DNA of 64,000 nucleotides from Amphiscolops sp. MND2022 (taxonomy: Eukaryota): NCBI GenBank assembly GCA_964187785.1, contig OZ076409.1, positions 1,488,001 through 1,552,000 on the forward strand, in the 5' to 3' direction. The position numbers and the translations under genes are program-made. Below are positions 26,823 through 39,680 of this stretch, piece by piece. The notes beneath the pieces were generated by a model. The model was not told where the DNA came from, searched no databases, and worked only from the letters and a program-made list of their open reading frames with translations. How positions within the stretch are numbered: position 1 is the stretch's first letter; the number at the start of each line of letters is the position of its first letter.

Positions 26823-27033
26823 GCCTCTGCAAGGGAGCTGTTTCTGCTGATCCTGTTCCTCATCTTCGGCGTGGTCATCTTCAGCGCCATGGTGTACTTC
26901 GCGGAGAAGATGGAGCTGAAGCGCCAGAAGGACACCCAAAACGACTTCCAGAGCATCATTGACGGATTCTGGTGGAGTGTCGTTACCATGACAACCGTGG
27001 GGTACGGAGACATGGTCCCCAGAAGTTACTCAG
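26823..27033 (+). CDS. Shaw/Kv3 channel unit 2, S5 and pore exon
   Basis: [28 protein letters not shown]...[22 protein letters not shown]; intact TVGYGD filter; phase 0/1. Confidence 0.96.
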
Positions 27034-27281
27034 GTCAGCTCTTGTTATTTTCCGCCCACATATAATGGGGGAGGAAAATCATAATCTGTTTAGCGTTTTC
27101 TTTAACAAATTCTGCCAAATCTCCACGATCTCCATCCACTACTTGATAATTTTACCTAGTTACTTAACTATTTTAGTTACTTGAACTGCACTTTATTACT
27201 CCACTTGCCAAACATCCACTTTTAAATATATCCACTTTTTACTGTAATTTACTCCACTTTATGATTTAGTAAATTCTAGTC

Positions 27282-27398
27282 ACTCTGGCGCAGTTGGTAG
27301 TGCGTCTGCCTGCCAGACACGAGGTCGTGGTTTCGAACCCGAGCTGATGCATTATATTTTTAGCGGAAAATATCCCGGTGCTTAGCGGGCGTCTTGTT
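27282..27398 (+). pseudogene. tRNA-derived (Gly-GCC-like) SINE head or tRNA pseudogene
   Basis: A box TGGCGCAGTTGG, CT-GCC-AG loop, B-box-like GTTTCGAACCC; poor acceptor stem; tail GCTTAGCGGGCGTCTTGTT also near 12014-12032. Confidence 0.55.
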
Positions 27399-27651
27399 GT
27401 CAAGGATGTGATTCGAACATATTTTTTAAATAGTTTTTTTTCGTTTTTTTTTCTTGAAAAAACATATGTTTATTTTGCTTTTTATTGCTTTTTTCGATCA
27501 ACGACAATCAGATGCGTCTCCTTATAAAAACATAATGCAAAGCATTTATTTATTTGAATGATCCATTATAAGTTACCGTATTTCTTCCAAAGGAGCCGCA
27601 TCTTGTAGCTGACTTTGAGTCATAATTTGAAACGCGCGTCAGAAGGATACA

Positions 27652-28167
27652 TTTTAGTCGGCGCTTTTCTTTAGAAAAAAGTCAACTATTGTCATGGCTT
27701 TCCGTCAGTTCTAAGTCGGCGCTTCATGAAGTGAAACCCGACTATCATAGTGACCTTTTTTTCAATCCACGCGAACTGACCAAAATAGTTCTACAAAAAA
27801 TTTACAAAATTTTATGGTGTCAAATTGAACCATTTGGCCTAGCGAACTGAACCAAAAAGGTTTTTCTTTTTTTCCGCATAACATACAATACCGGGCGAGA
27901 CTAAAGGGCCCCCTTTCAGTTTTTTCGGCACTGTAAGACTTTTTTTCGAAAATTTTTTAAAAGTCCCTTCATTTTTTGATATTTTGCAACAAAATGGATG
28001 TTAAAAAAATCCAAAAGGGTCCCCCGTTTTAACGCACCAGTTTAGTCCAACTTTTGGGTTTTTCGGGTACTGTCGAAGAGAATACTTGACATATGATGTT
28101 TTGAAGTCCTTGTGCTATTTCTGAGCCTTAGATGAGGCGCCGACTCATATGCCGTTCCCGGCTTGTT
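27652..28167 (+). mobile_element. Helentron-type family A copy
   Basis: TTTTAGTCGGCGC ... GCGCCGACT..GCCGTTCCCGGCTTGTT. Confidence 0.75.
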
Positions 28168-28609
28168 GCTCATCGTGGTATCCGCTCGATATAACTCGAA
28201 TCTGAAGTTATATGTGCATCAAAAATGTGAACACTGATTGGACCATAAGTCTTGTCAAATTTTAAAGTCAAACAAGGAACGAAGGCTCCGATTGATTTTA
28301 AACCGACAACAACCTTGGAAAACTTATTCAAATGTTTTCTCTTCATCTTGAAACCTAATTCTAATGTGCTTCATCAAGAAATCCATCGAATGGGAAAAAA
28401 TCAAGTAGTTAAAGTGGTCGGACTGTTAAAAGCTCGGAAAATCTGTAAAATGTCTTGTTTTTAACGTCTTAAGCAAAAACACAGTCTTAGGTTAACATAA
28501 GAAACTACACCAAGCAGTTAAGTTGATGGGGTTGAAAATAAGGAAAAGGTTCTGAACTCAAAAGTGAACGAGACCTTACATGGAAATTTTTGAATCCTGA
28601 AAACTAAAA

Positions 28610-28611
<2 letters not shown>

Positions 28612-28648
<37 letters not shown>
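28612..28648. repeat. (AT)n microsatellite
   Basis: Direct reading. Confidence 0.95.
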
Positions 28649-28652
<4 letters not shown>

Positions 28653-30000
28653 GTTCACTAATTATTGCCATTTTTTGTTTTGTACAAAGAGAAAGTGAAG
28701 TTATTTCACTTTTCTTGTTTCACTTCAAATACTTTTTTTACAAAAAAGTCATAAATTTCTATTATTCGTGAAAACTGAGACTTTTTTCATTGACTTTTGA
28801 GGAAATTTGATTCAATTTTTGGTTCGTTTTCATGAAAACAAAGAATCTACTTCGCTTTTTAAAAAAACGAAAGAATTGACAAAAAATTGTTCTCATGGAT
28901 GAAATTTTCCATTGAAAGCGCTTTTTCTTCAACCCTTATAAGCATAATGATTATCTATAAAAAAAGTAGGGCTTGTTAGCATATATGGTTTGAAATGGTT
29001 TTTAAAATAACTACTTTTCAGGGTTTCTAGATTTACAGTTTTTGAATGACTACATGAGAACCGTGACTATTGTAGATAAATCAGTAATTCTTGACACCAT
29101 ATCTTCAAATACCATGCATATATGAAGAAAAAACATTTGGTATTTGAAGGTATGGTGTCGAGAATTACTGATTCATCTACAATGGTCAGAGTTCTCATGT
29201 AATCATTCAAAAACTATAAATCTAAAAACTGTAGAAAATCTGAAATATTCATGCTATTCATTCACCATTCACAGTAGGACAGTCATTTCATATTATTTTT
29301 TTCTTTTTTTTCTGTCACATGTAAAAAGTACCCATGATAAATCGCGGTAAGATACCACTTTGATACCGCACATAATTCGCAACAGGCGACCTATACTTTG
29401 TCTTTAATCTCTCTCCCTTTTTCCTCTTATTTTCTTCCTTGTTTTTCTGCAATTTTCTTCTTTTTATCGATTTCCCAGCCGTCCTCTGATGTAATACTGA
29501 GGGGATAAAAATAAGGCTTTCATCTCGACAACCTACGAAGAATGATTTTTCTTTTTTCGTTATTCCCTATTTTTGTCAAATTCGAGCCGCCCTATGAAAG
29601 CAAAAACTACAGGCTACTGGCCTTGATATTACATGTTGGCTTTCTCTATCCTATGGAAAATATCAGTACACGCAAAATTGTGACATGTAATTATTCAGTA
29701 TTCTCTTGTTTTAAATCATTTTGCAACTTTTTCCCCAAATTCCATCATTTTTTCCAATTTTGTCCGCGATCGTTGACAGTCTTATATGTCAATCATGCCT
29801 TAAAATTACCTCGAATGTTGTTTTTTTTTCTAAATAATCTTGTACCTGCGTTTTGTGTGCCTCAAATGAAAGATTTCTAGTTTAATGTATCTATGGACAG
29901 CGATGCTATCCACATTTGCCTACCTGGATCCTATGCAATTTCAAACACGCCACAATCCGTCGGAAATTTTTACATACTGCAATTATGCATGCAGTGTAAT

Positions 30001-30465
30001 TTTTAGTCGGCGCTTTCCCTGAAAAGATTCGACTATAGTCATGGCTTTTCGTCAGTGTTTTTTTTCAATACACCTGAAGTGACCAAAATAGTTCTACCAA
30101 AAGTTCTACAAAATTTTAAGGTGTCGCCAAAATGTACCTGTTGGCCCAGGGAACTGAACCAAAAAGGTTTCCCGTGTAACATACAATACCGGACGAGAAC
30201 AAAGGGCCCTCATTTAGAGTTTTTTCGGCACTGTGCGACTTCTTTTTTTCAATTTTTTTCCCAACAAATGGGTCCCCCCTTCAATTTTTTTTTGGAGTTT
30301 TGCAACAGAATGAATGTTGAAAAATCCCAAAGGGTCCTCCCTTTCAGATTTTTTCGGCATTGCGAGACTTTTTTAAAAATTTCATAAAAGGTTCCAAATT
30401 CACCAATACTTTGACATTTTGAAGTCCTTTCGCTATTTTTGAGCCTTGGGCTGGTCCCGGCTTGG
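30001..30465 (+). mobile_element. Helentron-type family A copy
   Basis: Same 5' terminus and body; 3' end partly deleted. Confidence 0.7.
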
Positions 30466-31112
30466 TAATATAAAACAGCAAATTTAAGGACCCTGCATGA
30501 AAAAATTTTCTAAAACTTTTAAGCAGTTTCTAAAAAACTCAAAGCATATGCATGCACTTTGAAAAACCATGCAGTTTACAATTTTTTGACAAAAGGAAAC
30601 AAGAAAATAAAGGCTCCGAGCGGAAAACTTGGAAAACTTTTTTGAACGCTTTTTCTTCATCTTAAAACCGACTGAACTTTATCAAAAAATCCATTGAATG
30701 GGAAAAATGGTTGCTTCAATACAAAACGGGGCAAAAACGCACAAAAAAGACAGCTGAGACAGTTCAGAAGGCAAAATCGCAGTATTCATTGATAGGCTCT
30801 GTCAAGTACACAACTTCGAATCAACAAAAGCGCTGTTCATGACGTGTTTCGCCAAATTGTAGAGAAATCCTAATAAAAACGTGAAAAACTAGTGACGCAG
30901 TTTGAAAATTTTGAGCATAAAAACTTCACTAAGCAGCTCACAAAAACCTCATAAATTTGCCCTGCAACCTATGAAAAAATGTATAAGTTTCCAGCAATTT
31001 CAACTAGGGTAAGAAATGCGCATAATTCCATACATTTCTTAGCATGTAACGATTTTAACCGCGCAGGTTAACTTTCGCCTCGTCTAGTTTTGCAAGCATA
31101 GAAAACAATTTC

Positions 31113-31183
31113 AGCCTTGCGCAGGATTCAATCTCACGATCTTTGCTTGCGGATCACGCATCCTAACCACTAGGCCAAGCGAC
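31113..31183 (-). pseudogene. tRNA-like remnant
   Basis: Reverse strand TGGCCTAGTGGTTAGG...GAGATTGAATCC; degenerate A/B boxes. Confidence 0.4.
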
Positions 31184-31492
31184 AATCTTGCCAATTTGGC
31201 CGAATTTGGGCTAAGAATTGAAAGGTTAAGAAGATTTGTAGAAATTATTGCAACAACCGTGACACGAATTAGCAATCCTGTACCATGTATGTTTTACTAG
31301 GCTTTCACGGTAATCTCATCAGCCTTTGCCAAGCTCTTTTGCATGCTCATTACTTAATATCGTGTGATCCAATATTTTGACCTCAATAGTTTTTCACAAA
31401 AATACGAAAAGATTGTTATTTAATCAAAATTCCCTCGAAACATTCATTTTCTTATTCCGATTATAACGGTAGAGATTTCAAGTTGCTGAATC

Positions 31493-34400
31493 TGTTCTAT
31501 TCTCACTAACTAAGGGTTTGGTGAAAAAGAATGTGTTAAAAGAATATCTATAGTTCACTGACTGTCTTGTAGATACTAAATGCATATAATAAAGTATAAG
31601 CTCTTGATTTCACCGCTTGTGTTGATAGCCGGTTCTTTTCTTATTCTTTTTTCGGTCTGAAATACAAGGCCCGAAATAAATTTTCGGTTTAATATTTTTC
31701 CGGTATCCGTTTTTACGGTACTTTCGGTCCCGCGCACTGCTGTTTGTAATTTTTTTTGGAATTTCCATTCTAATGATATTTTATTAATTTTTTTTTCAAC
31801 ATAATAGAAAGGATATCTAACCGAAACTTTCTTCGGTGACTATGGACCTTCATTGGTGGTTGCTCTTCTGTTTTGGTCCTCGCCATTATTATGTGGTTGG
31901 TAATCTCTCCTTCCGCATCACGCCAACATAACATGGAGTCTTTGGTCAGTTCGGTGCTGAAATAGCCATTTCCGAGCAATAAGTCAAGTATGTTATTCGT
32001 CCTTAACGATAATCGATAATTCGGTTTTCGGGTTTCTCCCGTGATGTAGTTCTAACGGTGTTATTTTTAATCCCGTTTGTATTGTAAAACGCATTACCCG
32101 TAGCACTGGATTCACACTTTCGGGTAAATTGATTCCGTCCTTCGAATTCGCTTTTATCAATTTTTTTAGTGTTTGTATTGATCTTTCGGCTGCTCCGTTT
32201 CCGGTGTGTATTCGGGGTGTGCAGTATTCTATTTCAATATTTCGGCTTTTGCAAAATTTTCTATACACTTTAAAAATAAATGCTCCCCATTTGTGGGATT
32301 TTATCTTTTCTGGAATTCCGTACATGTTGAAAATGCTCGATAAGAACATTATCAACTCTTTTAGTTCCGAATTCTACAGATTTTTATAGTAGGCTATTGC
32401 TAAAACTGTCTACCGTGATCAGTATTTGTACTTCGCCGTCTAAACTTTTATTATGTAATTTTTCGCTGAAATCAATTTGTATTTCTTGGCCAGGTCCGGT
32501 TACATTTTCTAAGTTTCCGTAGTGTTTTTTCGGAAATTGGTATTTAAGACTTTTACCTAATGCTAGGCATGCTGTGCAGTCCTTCACTTTATTTTCGATG
32601 TCTTGTTTCATGTCCAGCCACCAGAATATCTTCGCTTCGAACGTAATTTTTGTGATGCGGGAGTGACCGAAATGCAAAATTTGAATGACGATTTGGTCGT
32701 CGACAAATATAAGGTCCCGTATGACAGAGAGTTTGTCAAAAACTGGTCGGTAGCCGTTTGGAATCGTTTCTCTGTCCTCACGGCGCATGCTGTTTCTTGT
32801 TTCTAACTCGAGTAATTTCTGGGTTGATTGCCGTTTTAGAGATCAGGGTTTTTAAGTCCATCATGAACTCGAACTCTGATTTCTTGATGAGGTCTTGGTT
32901 GCTTTCTTGTTTGTAGTAAGTTTCCCGACGTTGTGGTTGATTTGTATGTACTTGGCTTCTTTGCCGTCAGTGTTGTACTTCGTCAGATCGACAATTGCTA
33001 GATTGTCGCCCCGCATTATTACATTATCTTCTTCATTTTCGATCGTCTCTTGTTCGATCTCTCCTTCTTCTCTCACTTTTCCGGTTTTTCATTTTCATCT
33101 TCTTCTTCCTCTACTACTACTAATATCGGTTGATAGCCACCTCCGGATCAATTCCACATCAATTTCGGCAATTTTTTCTCTGCTTCATGTATTCGACCGT
33201 TCTTTGTGTTTGATGGTCATACCGGCGTGTCAATGTTCCGGGCCGGGATAGCGCGTTTCGTTGCTCCACCAGTCTTTTTGTCTCGGGGCTGTTTTTTCGT
33301 CTCCGGATAATATCCATTATTTCTCGGGGTAGCTTCCCAGTGGTAATAGTTTACTATATCTATTTTCTCGTGTTCGTTGTCTTTCGATGATTGGCCGCTT
33401 TCCAAAGTGTTAAAAAATATGGATGTCGTTATTTGGCTTTATTAGGTTTTCTTCACCTGTTTTTCGTTCTCGAATGTTCTATGTGAATGTGATTGGTGCT
33501 TTCTGTGCTGAATTTTGGTTCTGGAATAATCTTCTTTCTTTCGGTTATGGTTTTGCTGTGTTCTGATTGGTTAGCGAACAGTTGTTCGTATTTCGAGTTT
33601 AAGATAGCTTGTTCGACAATTATGTTGAGTACGTATTCTTGATCGTAACTTTCTTCCGGCTTTGCTCCCCCTAACGGATTTCTACTGAGAAGTTGGTGAA
33701 CATACAATTGCTGCCTGCGATATGCTGTATTGATATATCGAAGTGAGTTAGACGGTCCAACCATCTCGTTAATCTCGGGCAATACTGTTTGTTGCTTCGG
33801 ATTCTTTCTATCAGTGGTTCTATTGCTTGAATGGTCAGTATTGAGATGGACTTCTTTTTCGTTAAGGTAAAATCGGAATTTCTCTAATCCCCATACCACC
33901 GCCAATAATTTGAGTTCACTGAGTGTTTCTTTTCGGTTTAATTCAAATACCGGCTTCCGTACGCTATAGGTTTTGTATTTCCGTCATCTTGTTTTTGCCA
34001 TAAACCACGTTCCCGTTGCGCTAGCATCAGTCGTTACTCTGTTGTCTTAATGTTTTGCATAGTGTGCTAGACATGGGCCTTCGGTCAACATCTGTTCTGT
34101 CTATCCAAAGTCTTCTTCTTGTTCGGGTCCCCAGTTCCTCCCCAATAGTTTTTGGAGTCCAACCATTCTTTCCGAAAGTTTCGGTACGAATTTTGCCATG
34201 TATTGGATTGCTCCGAGTAAAGATTTCAGTTCCTTTGTAATTTTTGGTGGGTTCAGTTTAGTTTTAAGGTAACTTCTACTTTTCATTCGTTCGGTTTTAT
34301 TCCGTTTTCATCAATCTCGTAGCCCAACCACTTTGTTTGGTTCACGAAGATTTCGGATTTTCTTTTGCTTGCTCGGTATCCGGCTTTCTCCAATTTATTC

Positions 34401-36480
34401 AAGTTGTCAACTTCTTTTTTCTCGTGTTCTTATTTATTTCCCTCGGTTACTACAATTATGTCGTCTAATCAAGACGGTGTGCTGTATCCGAGTGTTCGGT
34501 CAATTTTTTCTTGATATATTGTGGGTATATCGGCAAGACCGTAACCCAATTTTTGAATCTGTAGAATGCGCGGAATATCCCTCCGGTTGTTGTGAATACG
34601 GATTGTCGGTTTGTTTCTCCGGATAGTTTCATTTGTCCGTATGCGTAGTCCAAGTCTTTCTTTGAGGTAAATAGTTGTACTGTTCGGTCGCGTGTAATTT
34701 CTACAGAAGTTTGATTTAAGGGCTCCTCCATGTTCGGCATATGCGGTCTCATTTTGGTGCAACTATCTATCCTTCAATTTCCGTGAATCTGATGTTATTA
34801 TTTGTCGATTTGTCGCTTTTCACGGTTTTTATCACCGGTAAAACGAAACAATCTTCATCTACATCGTTCTTCGTTTCTAGATGTCCGGATTTTATCAGTT
34901 TTCTAGTTCGCGCCCTACATCTTGTTAGTGCAGTGGTACCAGTCTAGTTTTTTGTTTGACTGGTTAAGGTACCAGCTTCAACTGGATGTTTATTTCGGTA
35001 TCTTTTTTTGTTTCGTTTTTCTCAAACAAGTTCGAAATTGTGTCGGATACTTTCTCGCGTTTTGATTTGCTGTTCTCGGCCAATTACCTTCTGCCTATGG
35101 TTGGTTCGAATGTTTTCATCCAGTCAATCCCGAGTAAAGATGTTATATCTGTTAATTTGGATATTAGGATTTCCAATTTTTGTTTGCTATTCTCGTACTC
35201 CATGTCTAGCGGAATGTTTCCCCGGAATTTTACTTCGTTCTTACTCACATCTTGGCATCTATTTGTGATCTTTTGTATTTCGGCTAGTTTCAATATCGTT
35301 TCTTCCGGTGGCATTAACGGTAGCCGGTATCGATTATCGATTATGAATTCTTTTTTGTCCAGTTCATTTTCACTGTTGCCGTATAGCGTTTGTTCTTTTC
35401 TTCGATTTTTATTCTTTTATGTGGTGTATACTTACTTCTGATTCACTTGATGTTTCGTTTCGGTCGTCGGTTTCTTCTTCAATTAGTCTATTCACTTTTC
35501 GGTTGGTTGTTAGTGTATTTCTATCTTCACACTTTTGCGTAGTGTCCTTTTTCCCGCATTTGTTACAATATGTTTCTAATGCTGGACACTTATGTAATGG
35601 TGTCCAGTTCGGTGCCCCCAAACTCTGCATGTTCTGTTTCATGCCGGTCTGGTGTTTGGTCTCGCACCGAATTTCTTTATTCTTTGTATCAGTTCTTCTT
35701 TCATAGTGTGTCGTTGCCAAAATTGCCAAAATTAACGCCTCGTGTATTGTATTTTTTTTGTATGTGTTTTGTTTGAATAGTTCAATCGTCTTTTTCACTT
35801 CTACTGTTTTCTCTTTCATCATTTTGTCCCGTAAGTTTTAATCGGTGATTGCTGTCATAAATTTGGATATCAGTAGTTCTTGGGCTGAGATTTCGCTAAA
35901 ATTGCAATTGTTTTTTCGATTTCGATCAGTCTTCTCCAAAAGTCTTCGGGTGTCTCTTCTTCCGTTTTTTTGCCCAAATTGAATCTCCCCGGTTGAGGTA
36001 AGTATTTCGTTTCGGTATACAGTACTCGGTGAGAAACCGGATTAGGTCTTTAATTTTGATGCTGTCCGGTTCTGTTTCATACTCGGCACGTGTTATTTGA
36101 TACAGCTCTTCGCGTTTAACTCCCCAGATGAAGTCTTTCTGGATTTGTTGTTCTTTTCCAGTCCATACGGAATCGGTGATGTCTTCTCCTTTTGATAGTG
36201 GTGCAATGTCTGTTATGTTCCCGTTTAGTAAACTGCCGGACTAGTTCTAACTGCCGGAATCGGAAACTCTCTCGGTGTGAATATCGCGTTTCCGTCCGAA
36301 GCCTTTGCTTCTAGGTTCGGTACTGTGTTTTTTTCTGTCATGTTTATTGTTTAAGGTTTCAATTTGTTCGAAATTTGGCTGACTGCGCCATGCTCTATTC
36401 TCACTAACTAAGGGTTTGGTAAAAAAAAGAATGTGTTAGGAGAATATCTAGAGTTCACTGACGAAATGTATATAATAAAA
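31493..36480 (-). mobile_element. Degenerate Ty3/Gypsy LTR retrotransposon
   Basis: Minus-strand fragments in order gag (CPA..C.KCGK), protease, RT (DLDYAYGQ, LDDII), RNase H (AVVWGLEKFRFYL), integrase (H..H/C..C, YGIPEKI); many frameshifts; direct repeats starting 31493 and 36391; PBS at 36378-36390. Confidence 0.92.
36378..36390 (-). other. Primer binding site of the Gypsy element (probably tRNA-Ser)
   Basis: TGGCGCAGTCAGC directly follows the LTR-terminal CA; complementary to a tRNA 3' end GCUGACUGCG-CCA. Confidence 0.7.
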
Positions 36481-36498
36481 TATTTAGTTAAAAATGTA

Positions 36499-36963
36499 CA
36501 GTACTGTGATTAAAAAATCGCCCCCCTATGACGTTCTCAACCAATCAAAATCGTTTATTTGGTCTCACTTTCAATTCTGATTGGCGCATCAAGTGAAATT
36601 CACGTAAATTTAGGAAAATTTACCTTTTGAGCCTGATAATTCGGAAACGGTTGATCTATTTTGAAATCAAAATACATCAATATATTCAAAAGATTTGTGG
36701 GAGTTAATTGAGCATAAAACTTGCCGAAAAAACTGTTGATAAAACGGTCGAAAATTATAAAAACGGAAAAATACAAAAATTGCTCAAAGTCAGCCATATG
36801 TAACTTTCTTAATTTTTGTCCCAGAAAAATTAAAAAAACACTAATATAAACTAGATTAAATTCTAACAAATTTTTATCTCTGATGTTTTTCAAGATTCTT
36901 AACCGATTTCGAGAAAATCGAGCCTAAAATCGCCCGGGGGACGTTTTCTTAATCACAGTACTG
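36499..36963. mobile_element. Tc1/mariner-type MITE
   Basis: TIR CAGTACTGTGATTAA at both ends, flanked by TA. Confidence 0.8.
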
Positions 36964-37277
36964 TATTTGAGTTTTGTTCATCAACAACAATCAGGTGCAC
37001 TAGACAGTTTCTGACAGTTTATGAACCGAAACTCGGTAGAGGTCAGGAACCGGAATGAACCGAATTAGACAAAATAAACCTCAAAAAGTTTGTCTACGAA
37101 ACTTTGGATTATCGAAGACTTTTTGATTATTCGTGTGAAAGTGGAAAACTAGCTTAAACTTTTTGAATACCATTAACGCGAAGCCACACTCAATTAGAAA
37201 AACTTGAACGCTTTCAATTTTTAACGAATTATTTTCAGAAGCAAATTAGGCGCGTGATACTTCATGAAGTATGAAGG

Positions 37278-37361
37278 TCCAATGAAAAGGTCCATATTTT
37301 ATTGATAAGCATTTAGTTGCAACTAAATGCTTATCAATAAAATATGGACCTTTTCATTGGA
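37278..37361. repeat. Perfect 84-bp palindrome
   Basis: 42-bp arms, no spacer, centred on TAGTTG|CAACTA. Confidence 0.92.
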
Positions 37362-38935
37362 AAAAATCCCATCTTGAAATGATTCTTGGTAAACAAAAAA
37401 ATCAATATTAGTCTCCGTTTCACAAAAATCTCAAGCGAGAAAAACTGAAGAAGAAAAATAAACAAATTCATGGTACATCAAAACTTTTATGCTGCCGTCT
37501 TTTCAAAATGAATTCAATTAATTCAATAGAATTCGAGTAAACAAACAAAGTTTTTTTTTCATTCTCTCAATTTTATTTTTTCTTGATCTTCATTGACTCC
37601 GCCGATGTATTTTTTTACTCTTTTTTGTGGCATGTGTTTAGCCTGCGGTTTATAGAACGTGGACGTTTGATCTGGCAATAGAAATTCATTTCTATAATAG
37701 GTCAATTGTCCAATGCAAAAATGCACTTTTTGTGCAACAGATATTTTTCAACTATTTTTTTTTGGTTCGTATCATCCCATTTCCAACTGACCGATTAAGA
37801 CATGCACAATGCATGCCTTACGTCATTCATGATCATTGATAAAAGAAAAAATGTTTTCACAGATAACAGAAGCATTTTTTAAAAAAAGACACAATGAAAT
37901 AATTTTGCTCTGGAAATTACTTGTTGAACAAAAAGATGATTTCGGTATTTGTGAGTTTATTTGCAAAAAAAGTGGAAAACAGCAAACAAAGCAAACATGA
38001 TGTAAAACAAGCGAATTTGCGAATTCTGTGGAAACTTTGCAAACTTATTGACTATCAAATTGTTATTTGAGTTTTGGTGGAGCATTGGTGATTAAAAAAG
38101 TTAAAAAAGATTAAAACTTAAGTTACTTTATCTCTAATGCTTCAGCTGAACTCAAAATACTATTTGATTTGATGTTTTTTGGCTGCTTTGCCGAGTACAT
38201 ACTTTGCATCTGATTTATTATTCAAATTTTTATCCAAGTTTCCTTGACACCTATGGTGGGATTAGTCATTAGGAGCTTTTTCCTCCTTCAACTAGTGGGG
38301 GGTTAGTTGTGTAAAAAAAGCGTGTACAGACAAAAGCGCCCCAGTCACAAGCGCCCCAATATAAAACGTTTCGCTAATTTTTGAGCTGATTTCACCGCCT
38401 CTAATTAACCCTAATTGACCCGGGCGTTTTTGCAAATTTTCAAAAAATTTGATTAAAAAATTCAAATCATCAATATCTCCACAACTACGCGTACCAGAGA
38501 AATGATCTATAGCGAGTTTGAAAGGTCTTGTAGTAACAACTGAATATTATTGGGATTTGTTGCGTAAGAACTTGTTGTGCAAGTGTACGGGTTTGGTTTT
38601 TGCTATGGGTCAAGATTTTTTGAGAAAACTGGATTTCGCCAAAAATGGAAATTTAGAAAAAATAACAATTTTCTGTGCAAAAAAACTCATTTTTCCCAAT
38701 TTTGGAGGCATGACAAGATCACTTTCACTAATGCTTGTGCCATTCAAACCAATCTCGGTACCAAGGAATTGTTGAGGAAAAAACTATGCTAGAATATGGG
38801 CTACTGGCAAAACGGATCGGAAAATGAAAAAAAGGTATTTTGGGCGCTTTTGACTGTGTATTTTGGACGCTTTTGTAGGGGCGCATTTGTCATCTGGTGA
38901 CGTAAAAGGGTCACCTTTGTTGTCTGTTGTGACAG

Positions 38936-39148
38936 GTATGTTGGTGGGTATGTTGTGTGCCCTGGCAGGAGTGCTAACTACGTCACTGCCCATACCCGTC
39001 ATAGTATCCAACTTCACTCAGTACTATCAGCACCTGGAGGCGAGGAAGAAACTGCCCAAAAAGAGGAGACGCTTCGTCAACATCCTCCCCAACGCTAAGC
39101 CCGAGCCCAGACCCCAGCGACAAAACCGCGAAAACAGGGCCCGAAAAG
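38936..39148 (+). CDS. Shaw/Kv3 channel unit 2, S6 exon
   Basis: (G)[45 protein letters not shown]; phase 1/1; same intron position as the 9167 exon. Confidence 0.94.
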
Positions 39149-39194
39149 GTTCGTAATAAACCCCCCCCATCCTTCTCCCTTTTTTATCACTTTT

Positions 39195-39680
39195 TGATAT
39201 CTCTCAACGGTTACATGGCATTTCGTCCTATGCAATTTCAACCTTCCGCAGTTTCAACCTTTCCAACTATAGTCAAAATTAGTTTAGGTCGAAACTGCAG
39301 AAGGTTGAAATTGCATAGGACGAAATGTCATGTAACCGTTGAGAGATATCATTTTCATACATTTCTAAATTCAAAAGTGGTAAATTTTATTACAGTTTTG
39401 ATACGTCTTGATACGCCTCTTCGTGAATAATTACCACTAGTTAAGGCTGTTTGATTCATTACTAACTATTGTACTGAAATAATAACTCAACCGAACTAGG
39501 AATTATTCGGAAACCGACAATATAATTATAATTATTCCTAGTTCGGTTGAGTTATTGTTTCAGTACAATAGTTAGTAATGAATCAAACAGCCTTAACTAG
39601 TGGTAAATATTCACGAGGAAGCCAAGATGTATCAAAACTGTCGTAAAATTTAGTACTTTTTAATTTAGAAATGTATGAAA
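39195..39680. repeat. Two adjacent long inverted repeats derived from one MITE family
   Basis: 39195-39351 (TGATATCTCTCAACGGTTACATG...CATGTAACCGTTGAGAGATATCA) and about 39353-39680; related element about 52256-52713. Confidence 0.8.

Noticed and set aside
27282..27352. Functional tRNA-Gly gene
   Set aside because: Acceptor stem does not pair and the T-arm is irregular
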